A stretch of DNA of 64,000 bases from an uncultured Verrucomicrobiae bacterium (GTDB lineage: Bacteria; Verrucomicrobiota; Verrucomicrobiia; Chthoniobacterales; JAFAMB01). Below, piece after piece: positions 19,773 through 29,200 of this stretch. The position numbers and the translations under genes were made by a program. The stretch lies in the NCBI GenBank assembly GCA_963813025.1, contig CAWEXO010000009.1, positions 96,001 to 160,000 of the forward strand, read 5' to 3'. Within the stretch, counting starts at the first letter, position 1; each line of letters begins with the position of its first letter. The notes under the pieces are model-generated. The model searched no databases. It worked only from the letters and a program-made list of their open reading frames with translations, and had not been told where the DNA came from.

Positions 19773-20663
19773 ATGGCAAAGGTTGTCCTCGGCAAGGGAC
19801 TGAACGCCCTGATCACTGCACCGCAACCAGTGGCGCTTGAGACCGAAGAGCGAGTCGAACGAGTGGCTTTGGGAGAGGTGGTACCGAGTCCGCTTCAACC
19901 TCGCAAAAATTTTCCCGCCGAACAGCTCCAGGAGTTGGTCGATTCCATTCGCGAACGCGGCATCATTCAGCCATTGATCGTGCGCAGGGTAGCCGGCAAA
20001 TGCGAATTGATTGCCGGCGAGCGCCGCTGGCGGGCTGCTACCCAGCTCCGTCTGCCGGACATACCAGTCATTATCCGGCAAGCGAGCGATCGCGACGTTC
20101 TTGAGTTGGCGCTGATTGAGAACCTGCAGCGAGAAGACCTGAACCCGGTTGAAGAAGCGCATGCTTATCGCCGGTTGTCCGAAGAGTTCTCCTTGCGGCA
20201 AGAAGATATCGCTAACCGCGTAGGAAAGAGCCGCGCCGCCGTGGCCAACTCTCTGCGTTTACTGGAGCTGCCTGCACTGGTGCAGAGTTATCTCGCACAA
20301 GGAAGGATCAGCGTCGGCCACGCCAAAGTGTTGCTGACCTTAGATAACCCGGAAGAACAGCTGGCCGTCGCGGAGTTGGCTATTCGCCACGCTGCGACGG
20401 TGCGAGCGACCGAGAAAATGGTTGCGGACCATCTTGCTCGCCATGGACTGGTCCGGAGCGGCCGGACCGGAGTGCGTCCGTCTCCCGCAACGATCAACAG
20501 CGTAAATCGGGCGCTCGTCCACCTCGAAAACGAGCTCCGCGAACGCTTGGCGACGCACGTCATTATTCATCACGGTGAGAAGAAGGGTCGCATCGAGATC
20601 CAATACTATGGAGATGACGACCTGGAACGCATTCTGGCGCTGCTTGGAGTTCCGCCAAGGTGA
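19773..20663 (+). CDS. parB: ParB/Spo0J chromosome partition protein
   Basis: LGKGLNALI, QPRK, IAGERRWRA, ENLQREDL, HTH (GKSRAAVANSLRLL). Confidence 0.95.
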   Translation: MAKVVLGKGLNALITAPQPVALETEERVERVALGEVVPSPLQPRKNFPAEQLQELVDSIRERGIIQPLIVRRVAGKCELIAGERRWRAATQLRLPDIPVIIRQASDRDVLELALIENLQREDLNPVEEAHAYRRLSEEFSLRQEDIANRVGKSRAAVANSLRLLELPALVQSYLAQGRISVGHAKVLLTLDNPEEQLAVAELAIRHAATVRATEKMVADHLARHGLVRSGRTGVRPSPATINSVNRALVHLENELRERLATHVIIHHGEKKGRIEIQYYGDDDLERILALLGVPPR

Positions 20664-21664
20664 TTGCTGCCGGTCGGTCAAAATGCCGCTCTTGCGCTGT
20701 GGCGATGATGATTTGTCTTCTTTTGGCTTCCTGCAAGCCAAAACAGAGCGCCGTTGAGCAATCAGGCGAAAAGCAGACGACTCCTGTGAATCTCGCGAGT
20801 TCGGCGACCGCTCCCCCATTGCCCGAAACTCCTCCGGAGCTCTGGAATCAATTTGACGGCGAACGCGCACTGCAATATGCGCGTAAAATCTGCGAACTGG
20901 GTCCGCGTCCCTCAGGTAGCAAGGCCTTAGAGCTTGCGCGGAAATATGTCTCTGAGCAGCTTAGTTCGTTCGGCTGGCAAGTGCTCTCGCAGCGATTCAC
21001 CGATCAAATGCCGGACGGTAAAACCGTCGAATTCTGCAACTTGCTCGCTCAACCCGCGCACCTCAAGGTGGCCGGATCGAGAACCGCGCTAGTTGCTTAC
21101 CTCGATTCATCACATACCGAAGTTTTTCGCAGTGTGAACGCGAGCGACGGCGCAGCTAATTCGGCTGTCCTGCTCGAGTTGGCTCGCGTGCTGGCAAGTG
21201 CTCCCCGAATCGCGTCGGTGGTTGAAATCATTTTCCTGGATGGCCACGCGCCTTTCCGCGAAGCCGGCCTCGCTGACGGCCTTTTCGGAAGTCGATTTTT
21301 CACCGAGCTATTAAAGATCAACCAGCAAACCGCCGGCTATCGGGCAGCTGTGGTGCTGGGAAACCAGGGCGGCCCGGAGGTCCACCTTTGCTGCGCTCTC
21401 AATTCCGATCCAGCTCTGATCAAGGATTTTCGAGGAGCGGCTCAGGGCCTGGAATTCCGCCTCGAGACTTCGGATCGACCCTTGCTTTCTGACCAGGTTC
21501 CCTTTTTGCAGGCCGGCATTCCCGCATTGGCCCTCCTCGATCCCGAGTCGCCTGTTCTGGAAACCGCCGATGATGTTCCGGATCGACTCTCGGCTGCTTC
21601 GCTTGCGCAAAGTGGCAAGCTCGTTCTCTATTACCTCGCTGCGCAAAAGATACCGGCGCATTAA
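20660..21664 (+). CDS. M28 peptidase / glutaminyl cyclase-like lipoprotein, probably catalytically inactive
   Basis: Lipobox LLASC; FDGERAL, GPRPSGS and VLLELAR scaffold present, but metal ligands substituted. Confidence 0.75.
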   Translation: MIAAGRSKCRSCAVAMMICLLLASCKPKQSAVEQSGEKQTTPVNLASSATAPPLPETPPELWNQFDGERALQYARKICELGPRPSGSKALELARKYVSEQLSSFGWQVLSQRFTDQMPDGKTVEFCNLLAQPAHLKVAGSRTALVAYLDSSHTEVFRSVNASDGAANSAVLLELARVLASAPRIASVVEIIFLDGHAPFREAGLADGLFGSRFFTELLKINQQTAGYRAAVVLGNQGGPEVHLCCALNSDPALIKDFRGAAQGLEFRLETSDRPLLSDQVPFLQAGIPALALLDPESPVLETADDVPDRLSAASLAQSGKLVLYYLAAQKIPAH

Positions 21665-21913
21665 ATGATGAACCTTATTCTGTACGTTAAACCAGGCTGT
21701 CCCTGGTGTCGCAGCGCCGAGAGTTTCCTGAACGAGCGCCGGTATGGCTTTCAGCGCGTCGATGTATATCAGGATCCGGAAGCCTACGCGGAGATGAAAC
21801 GCCTTTCCGGTCAGCCGTACGCCCCCACGCTGCGCGCCGGCGAACTTATCCTGAAAGATTTTGGAGACGAGGAACTAGAGGCGTTCCTAAAAAAGAACCG
21901 GATCCACCCGTAA
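21665..21913 (+). CDS. Glutaredoxin/NrdH-like protein
   Basis: YVKPGCPWC, SGQPYAPTL. Confidence 0.9.
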   Translation: MMNLILYVKPGCPWCRSAESFLNERRYGFQRVDVYQDPEAYAEMKRLSGQPYAPTLRAGELILKDFGDEELEAFLKKNRIHP

Positions 21914-21988
21914 GTTCTGGAGTGCGTGCGACAAGTCGCACGGACTCCAAGACATTCGACAGGAGTGCCCCATACCGCTTGTCCCACA

Positions 21989-23380
21989 CTAGTACTCAAA
22001 CTCACCATCCCGATAGAGGCCGTCGGGGATCGTTTTAATCGTGTCGGTCAGATTGACAAACTTGACCGATCCTTCAATCCGTACTTGCGGCGCAAACCGG
22101 AAAAGTCCCTGGATATCCAGCTCTTTACAGCCGATCAGCGACGGTACTCCCTCGACCACGAGTTCTTCCAAACGGTCGACCACCTTGTAAAAGTCACTCA
22201 GCCGAATCAGCGGCGGGATACCTCCTCGCTCCGGACGGAGGCGCAAATTATGCCCGGCGTCCAACTCGTATGAATCTGAGCGGATCGCCAGCAAATCGCT
22301 GGTTGTCTTCACCGGCGCAAAGCGGCTTCGCGGAACGTCCACCGCCATTGATCCCTCGAAGCACTCGATAGCAGCACCCATCGCCGTCTCCAGCTGATAG
22401 ACCAGAGGAGAATTTTTGTCCCGCGGATCCACGTTTTTCTCATTGCGGATCAACGGCAACGGCAGTAACCCGCCGGCGTGCCGCAGCGCGCTCGTCAGTG
22501 CATCCAATCTGAGCCAAATGGAATTGGTATTAAAATAACGGTGTCGCGTTATGTTCTGAAACTCGGAAAGATCCTCGTCGGGACACTGGGCTAGCTCCCG
22601 GAGCAAATAATGCCGGTCGCTCCGGCGAATCGCCAAATGACCGCCTTTGCGATCCGCCTCCGTCCGTCGCGTTACCTCCATTAGGAAGGGAGCACCGGAA
22701 TCAACAAAGAAACGCAGGAGACCAGGATCCAGCGTCGCCCCGAGGTTGTCCGCATTCGAGACAAAGAGAACCTCTTTTCCAGCTTGTTGCAGCCGCTCCA
22801 ACATACCGGACCCAAGCAGCGTTGGATAAATGTCGCCATGGCCGGGCGGGCACCATTCGAGTTGAGGATTTGCCGGCCAATGAATTGGTAGCAGGGTGCT
22901 TGTGTCGAGCTTCGGCACTCTGTTCTGGAGCAATTCGGATTGTCGCGGAGGACCCAGCTCGGGGTAGCGCTGGAGAGCCGACAAAGTGTCAGCGCTCGTA
23001 CTGAAACTGTTCAGCCAGAGAAGCTCCAATCCCGACGATCGATCCGCTTTCTGCTCCAGAATCTGCTGGACGATGATATCGAGGAAGGTGAGTCCGTCCC
23101 GAACCGCCAGCAGGCTCTTGGCTTTCGCCAATCCCATACTGGTGCCCAAACCGCCGTTTAATTTTACGACGACCGTCTTCGACGTTAGCTCGGGCTCGGC
23201 GGCAGTCGAATCGGCGGAAGCCATTCGCGGCAAAGAGGTGACCGGTTCCATCGATCGCTCCGGAATCAGACCAGCCTCCTTCGCGACCAGTTTCTTATAC
23301 TGATAGAAAAAGGCTCGTTGCGCGGCTTCGTCGACACCGGCCTCCACTATCTTCTGCGCAATCAACTCTTCAGCATTCAT
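21989..23380 (-). CDS. UTP--glucose-1-phosphate uridylyltransferase (UDPGP type 1, eukaryote-like family)
   Basis: KLNGGLGTSMG, WCPPGHGD, SNADNLGA, KGGH, LETAMGAAI, RFAPVKTTSDL. Confidence 0.93.
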   Translation of the reverse strand: MNAEELIAQKIVEAGVDEAAQRAFFYQYKKLVAKEAGLIPERSMEPVTSLPRMASADSTAAEPELTSKTVVVKLNGGLGTSMGLAKAKSLLAVRDGLTFLDIIVQQILEQKADRSSGLELLWLNSFSTSADTLSALQRYPELGPPRQSELLQNRVPKLDTSTLLPIHWPANPQLEWCPPGHGDIYPTLLGSGMLERLQQAGKEVLFVSNADNLGATLDPGLLRFFVDSGAPFLMEVTRRTEADRKGGHLAIRRSDRHYLLRELAQCPDEDLSEFQNITRHRYFNTNSIWLRLDALTSALRHAGGLLPLPLIRNEKNVDPRDKNSPLVYQLETAMGAAIECFEGSMAVDVPRSRFAPVKTTSDLLAIRSDSYELDAGHNLRLRPERGGIPPLIRLSDFYKVVDRLEELVVEGVPSLIGCKELDIQGLFRFAPQVRIEGSVKFVNLTDTIKTIPDGLYRDGEFEY

Positions 23381-23390
23381 CGTGGCGGCA

Positions 23391-23593
23391 CCAGTGCGCC
23401 GTCTCAATATATAACGATGACGTCGCCGCGGCCCAAAGGGTTGCGTTCAAAATGGGCCGGCGGCGGCGTTGTTCCTCGGTCACGTATCGCTTCAGATATG
23501 CTCCCTCCTACTGCCAGTCCGGCTCGGACCGCCTTGCCGGCGGCCCATTTTGAACGCAACGACATCATCGGTATATATGAGACGGTGCACTAG
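23391..23593. mobile_element. MITE-like element family A, one-module copy (203 bp)
   Basis: CCAGTGCGCCGTCTCAATATATA...TATATATGAGACGGTGCACTAG; near-identical to 10479-10809 without module 1. Confidence 0.85.
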
Positions 23594-23621
23594 CAGGTAG
23601 CGAGCGAGAAATAGCAATCGC

Positions 23622-24900
23622 TTACCGCGTTGTTTTGTATGTCAAGTAGGCTTGCAAAGCATCAGCTGCTCTCTCCAATTGGACGTCTGCCATCTGTCCC
23701 ACGCTGCTCCTCTCGGCACTGCTCATGGAGCCGAGCCGGCGCCGGACGATGAGCGCATGCTCCTGTTCCTGCGTTACGGCGGAGTAAATGTCGGGCGAAA
23801 TGCCGTGCCCCTGAATGATTTGCCTGTCCGGAGTAAAATAACGCGCGGTAGTCAAGTCGGATCGCCGATCCGTCTGGAAGCGGTACTTCGCTTTGAACAA
23901 CACCTTTACCAAAGGTGGTCTCGCCTACCAGAATCGCACGTTTAAGATCTTTCAGCGCACCCGCCACAATTTCCGCGGCGCTGGCTGTCTCGCTGTTTAC
24001 CAGGACCGCGACAGGGTAACTGCCTCGGGAATGGTCAATCACGCCGGTGTAGTACTGTTGATCTTGTGCGGGATCTCGGCCCTCCGTATAGACCACCATT
24101 GTTTTGGGCGGAACGAATAACCCGCAGGTATCCACTGCGCTGCGGACCAGACCTCCGGGATTAAACCGCAAATCCAGGATCAAGCGCCTGCATTCCTTCC
24201 TTTTCGAGATTCTTCAACTCCGTCTCCAATTCCTGGGCTGTGGGAGAAACGAACTCCGTGATCCGCAGATATCCGATTCGCCAGTGATCGGTAGCTGCCG
24301 GATCGAGGAGCTTCGCGTCTTTAACGCTGGGCACCTTGATGAATTGTCGCTCCACCTCGATCCGCAATGTCTGCTTGCTCGAAGGCCGAAAAATGGTGAA
24401 GCTCACCGTCTGACCTGGCTCGCCCCGCAGGAGATGGCCTACATCGTCGAAGGTCTTATGCTCAGTGGAAACCCCATTGATGCTCAGAATCTGATCACCC
24501 GGAGCCAGACCTGCTTTTGCCGCCGGAGCGCCCTCTATCAGTGAAACCACTGTGGTGACGCCATGGACCGGAGTAAGCACCACGCCAAAGCCGCTCATCT
24601 CCCCACGATTCTCGGTGAGTTCTTCGCGAAAATCGATGGGCTCAACAAATTGGCTGTGCGGATCCAGCTTTTCGATCATCCCGTGAAGGGCCGCATAGAC
24701 CAGATCGCGATATCCTGTTTTCGCCGGATCGACATAGTCCTGCCGAACAAGCTCCAGCGCATTACTGAAAACGGCCGCCGCTCGGACAAGTCACTGTCAG
24801 AAGAGGTAGCGCTATCCGGAAAACTCGAGGTTGACAGCAGCGCCGTTCCGCAAAAGCCGACGTCAAAAATAATTAAACCTGCCAATAAAAACTTCTTCAT
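23622..24900 (-). CDS. S41 family C-terminal processing peptidase (CtpA/Prc), about 3 frameshifts
   Basis: KLDPHS, PDZ (GAPAAKAGL..GD), ILDLRFNPGG, TASAAEIVAGAL, GETTFGKG and TTARYFTP, spread over 4 ORF pieces. Confidence 0.85.
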
Positions 24901-25062
24901 CCGAAAGCACTACGCATCCATTCCGAGCCTTGTACGCCAGCATACCCGAAATTTATGCCAAATACAGTTCACGCATCGAATGTTCAGCCATCAAGCGCGA
25001 TCAATGCACAACAGAAAACTCGGATCGACAAGTCGGCTGAAAAACGTAGGGGTAGTGTGAGC

Positions 25063-27284
25063 ATGAACAAGATTCGGGTTTGGACCGGGAAGCCTTTTCC
25101 CTTGGGAGCTACGTGCACGAAGGAGGGCGTGAATTTTGCCATCTACTCGGAGAACGCAACTGGAGTGGATCTTTGTCTTTTCGATCAGCCCGATTCGGAT
25201 CGCGAGACTCTGCGTATTCGGGTGACGGAACGTACCGACCAGATCTGGCACGTTTTTATACCAGAAATCGGTCCAGGTCAGCTCTACGGGTTTCGAGTTT
25301 ATGGCGTGTATCTGCCGAAGGAAGGTAGCGATTTAACGCTTCCAAGGTGCTGATCGACCCGTATGCAAAGGCGATCGCCGGAAAAATTAATTGGGGTCCG
25401 GAGATGTTTGGATATCCGCTGGGCGAACCGGCAGAAGACCTGAAACGCGATTATCGCGACAATGCTTTCAACATGCCAAAGTGCGTAGTCATCGATCCGG
25501 CTTTCGACTGGCGAGATGATCAGCCGCCAGGGATTCCGCTGGCGGAATCGGTCATTTACGAGGTCCATCCAAAGGTTTTACCAGACTATGGGATAAAGTG
25601 CCGGAGGAACTGCGGGGAACTTATGCCGGGCTGGCTAGCCCGGCCGCGACCGAGTACCTCCGCCAACTCGGGAGTCACCGCCGTCGAACTGCTGCCGGTG
25701 CACGAACATGTCGATGACAATATCCTGATCGATCGCGGACTCACAAATTACTGGGGTTATAACACGATCGGATACTTTGCTCCGGAAAGTTCCTATTCAA
25801 GCAAAGGTGTTCTTGGAGGTCAGGTGACGGATTTTAAGGAAATGGTCTACGCCCTGCATAAAGCAGGTCTCGAGGTTATCCTGGATGTGGTTTATAACCA
25901 TACTGCCGAAGGTAACCATTTGGGACCGACGATCGCTTTCAAGGGAATCGATAATGCTTCTTTTTATCGGCTGATGCACGATGACCGGCGTTTTTACATG
26001 GACTATACCGGGTGCGGCAATACGCCGAATACGCGCAACCCTCGGGTACTGCAGCTAATCATGGACAGTTTGCGCTACTGGGTCGCCGAGATGCGAGTCG
26101 ATGGATTTCGCTTTGATCTCGCTACCACTCTGGCGCGGGAGGAACACTATTTTGAGCGAGACGCCGGCTTCTTCGACATCCTGCTGCAAGACCCCATTCT
26201 CTCGCAGGTCAAGCTGATCGCCGAGCCTTGGGATGTAGGTGAGGGCGGGTATCGGGTGGGGGATTTCCCGATTCCCTGGGCGGAGTGGAATGGAAAATAC
26301 CGCGATTGCACCCGCCGCTTTTGGAAAGGGGATGACGGGACATTGGGCGAATTCGCGTACCGGTTAACGGGAAGCCCTGATCTCTACGAACATCAAGGCC
26401 GCCGACCCTATGCCAGTATCAACTTCGTCACCTCACACGACGGTTTCACTTTGAACGACTTGGTTAGCTATAACGAGAAGCACAACGAGGCGAATGGGGA
26501 AGATAATCATGACGGCGATACCAATAACAATTCCTGGAATTGCGGCGCGGAGGGACCGTCCAAAGACCCGAAAGTCAATGCGCTCCGACGTCGGCAGCGC
26601 CGGAACTTTCTCGCAACGTTGTTTCTCTCCCAAGGTGTCCCGATGATCTTGGGCGGCGACGAGTTCGGCCGCGCCCAGAAAGGCAACAACAATACTTATT
26701 GTCAGGATAATGAGCTTTCCTGGTTCGATTGGAATTGGGGTAAAGACAGCAAACAGCTCTTCACCTACGCTAGCCAACTGATCAGGTTCCGCCGGGACCA
26801 TCCCGTCTTCCGACGGCCGAAATATTTTCGAGGCCGCCGGATCCGGTCCTCCGACGTCAAAGATATTATGTGGTTCAGTCCAAACGGATCGGAGATGAAG
26901 GTAAAAGATTGGCAAAACGGTTTCGCCAAATGCGTAGGTATGTTGATTAGCGGCGCAACGGTCGATATTCGAGATGCCAAAAACGAGATCGTCAAAGACA
27001 ACACTTTTCTGCTGCTCTTTAACGCTCACTATGAGTCACTAACCTTCATCCTGCCCGGACGCCAAGAAATCCGTTGGCAACCGGTGCTCGATACTGCGCT
27101 GGACGTTGGCTTTGTGTCGCAATCCAAGGTGCTCTCCGCGGGTGAAGAGATTGAACTGATCGAACGGAGTCTTGTCCTTCTGCAGCTTTCTGAGGGCGAA
27201 GAAAACTTTGCGCAGGAGGAGTCATGGGCTACGAAGACAGGCAAGGCGCCTTCCAAAACACCCAGTCAGCAGGCCGGCCGTTAA
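25063..27284 (+). CDS. glgX: Glycogen debranching enzyme, frameshifted near 25330 and in 25570-25665
   Basis: GKPFPLGAT, DPYAK, NYWGYNT, DVVYNHTAEG, DGFRFDLA, AEPWD, HDGFTL. Confidence 0.93.
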
Positions 27285-27296
27285 CGAAACTGTCGC

Positions 27297-29180
27297 ATGG
27301 AGAAAACAACTCGCTTGTATTCGCAGGGACCCGAGATTTTGAGCTCTGGAGTTTCCTTTTCCACTTGGGCTCCGCAAAAAAGGCAGGTGTCGCTGGTCGT
27401 CCTTGGTCCCCGGCAGCAGATACAGCGCGAATTGCCTTTGGAGAAAGACGCTGACGGTTATTGGACCGGCCTGGAAGCCAACGCTGGGGCGGGAACTTTG
27501 TATCAATATCGCCTCGATAATCATCTGTTTCCCGATCCTGCCTCCCGCTTCCAACCGATGGGAGTTCATCTGGCCTCGGAAGTCATCGAAAATCGCTTTT
27601 CCTGGACGGACAGTCATTGGCGCCCACCGGAACTCCGCGATCTTATCATTTACGAACTGCACACTGGAACCTTCAGTCCGGAGGGAACATTCGCCGGTAT
27701 CGGCCGTCGCTTGGAACATTTCCAGCGCCTGGGCGCGAACGCGATCGAGCTGATGCCTGTTGCGGATTTTCCCGGAAGATGGAACTGGGGATACGACGGA
27801 GTGTCTCTTTTCGCACCAGCGCGCGTCTATGGACGGCCCGACGATTTGCGCCGCTTGGTTGACGATGCGCACCGGGCCGGCTTAATGGTCATTCTGGATC
27901 TCGTTTACAATCATCTCGGACCGGACGGGAATTATCTCGGCGCCTACAGCGACCGCTATTTCAATGAAAAACATCACACCCCGTGGGGTCGCGCTTTCAA
28001 TCTGGATAATGATCAGGCCGAACCCGTGCGTCGGTTTTTCGTGGAAAACGCGCTCTATTGGCGACGCGAGTTTCACATCGATGCCTTCCGATTAGATGCG
28101 ACGCAAGCAATCCCCGACGATTCTCCTAAGCACTTGATCCAGGAAATCACGGAGCAGATGCAGGACCTCGGCGGCCTTGTCATTTGTGAGGATCCGCGAA
28201 ATGAGCGCCGGCTTTTGCAGAGACGCTCGGAGGGCGGCTATGGTTGCGATGCAGTCTGGGCCGATGATTTTCATCACGTTGTCCGGGTGCAGATGACCGG
28301 CGAGGACGAGGGCTATCTTGGGTATTTCCAGGGTACAATTGACGAGCTAGTTGGGACGTTGCGCGAGGGTTGGTTGTTTACCGGGCAAATCCAGAAGGAT
28401 GGCATTCCTCGCGGAACTCCGGCAGCGGACTTGCCCCCGGAGCGCTTCATTCATTGTGTCTCTAATCACGATCAAACCGGTAATCGCGCTTTCGGTGAGC
28501 GGTTAAATCACCTCGTTTCGCCGGCCGCTTACCGCGCGGCGAGCAGCCTGCTGTTGCTCGACCCTTATACCCCAATGCTTTTCATGGGTCAGGAATGGGC
28601 GGCCGCTACTCCTTTCTTGTATTTTACCGATCATGAACCGGTTCTCGGAAGGAATATAAGCGAAGGACGTCGCAAGGAATTCGCCGAGTTTTCCGCGTTC
28701 CGCGATCCGGAAATGCGAAAGGAAATTCCGGACCCTCAATCCGAATCCACCTTTCGACAATCGGGCTTGCAGTGGGCTGAATTGAGCGAACCGGAACACC
28801 AGCAGATCCAGCTTCTTTACCGCGATTTGATAGCTTTGCGCCGGGAGCACTTAGCTGATCGCCGTCGTGGGAGTTGGAGAGTGGCTCAAGTCGGGGAGAA
28901 AACCGTTGCGCTACGTTACCAGGCATCTCCGGCCAACCTCCTTGTCCTGGTGCAACTGACTCCTGGTCAGCTCGTTCTGGAGGCGACTGAGGAAATTCTG
29001 GCGGCGGCACCTGGCCATACTTGGAAGGCAAGGCTGGCCTCCAACGATCGAGCTTACGGGGGGAAAGGCCCCGGTATCTTTGACCCGCAAAAAAACCAGT
29101 TCTTGCTGAACGCACCAGAGGTGATTGCATTTACTGAAGAACCTGATTTCCAGGAAACCTTCGGGAACGAAGGTCTTTGA
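27297..29180 (+). CDS. treZ: Malto-oligosyltrehalose trehalohydrolase
   Basis: PDPASRFQP, YELHTGTF, NWGYDGV, RLDAT, NHDQTGNRAFGERL, LFMGQEW. Confidence 0.95.
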   Translation: MEKTTRLYSQGPEILSSGVSFSTWAPQKRQVSLVVLGPRQQIQRELPLEKDADGYWTGLEANAGAGTLYQYRLDNHLFPDPASRFQPMGVHLASEVIENRFSWTDSHWRPPELRDLIIYELHTGTFSPEGTFAGIGRRLEHFQRLGANAIELMPVADFPGRWNWGYDGVSLFAPARVYGRPDDLRRLVDDAHRAGLMVILDLVYNHLGPDGNYLGAYSDRYFNEKHHTPWGRAFNLDNDQAEPVRRFFVENALYWRREFHIDAFRLDATQAIPDDSPKHLIQEITEQMQDLGGLVICEDPRNERRLLQRRSEGGYGCDAVWADDFHHVVRVQMTGEDEGYLGYFQGTIDELVGTLREGWLFTGQIQKDGIPRGTPAADLPPERFIHCVSNHDQTGNRAFGERLNHLVSPAAYRAASSLLLLDPYTPMLFMGQEWAAATPFLYFTDHEPVLGRNISEGRRKEFAEFSAFRDPEMRKEIPDPQSESTFRQSGLQWAELSEPEHQQIQLLYRDLIALRREHLADRRRGSWRVAQVGEKTVALRYQASPANLLVLVQLTPGQLVLEATEEILAAAPGHTWKARLASNDRAYGGKGPGIFDPQKNQFLLNAPEVIAFTEEPDFQETFGNEGL

Positions 29181-29200
29181 AAGGAGGATATTAATCCGCG

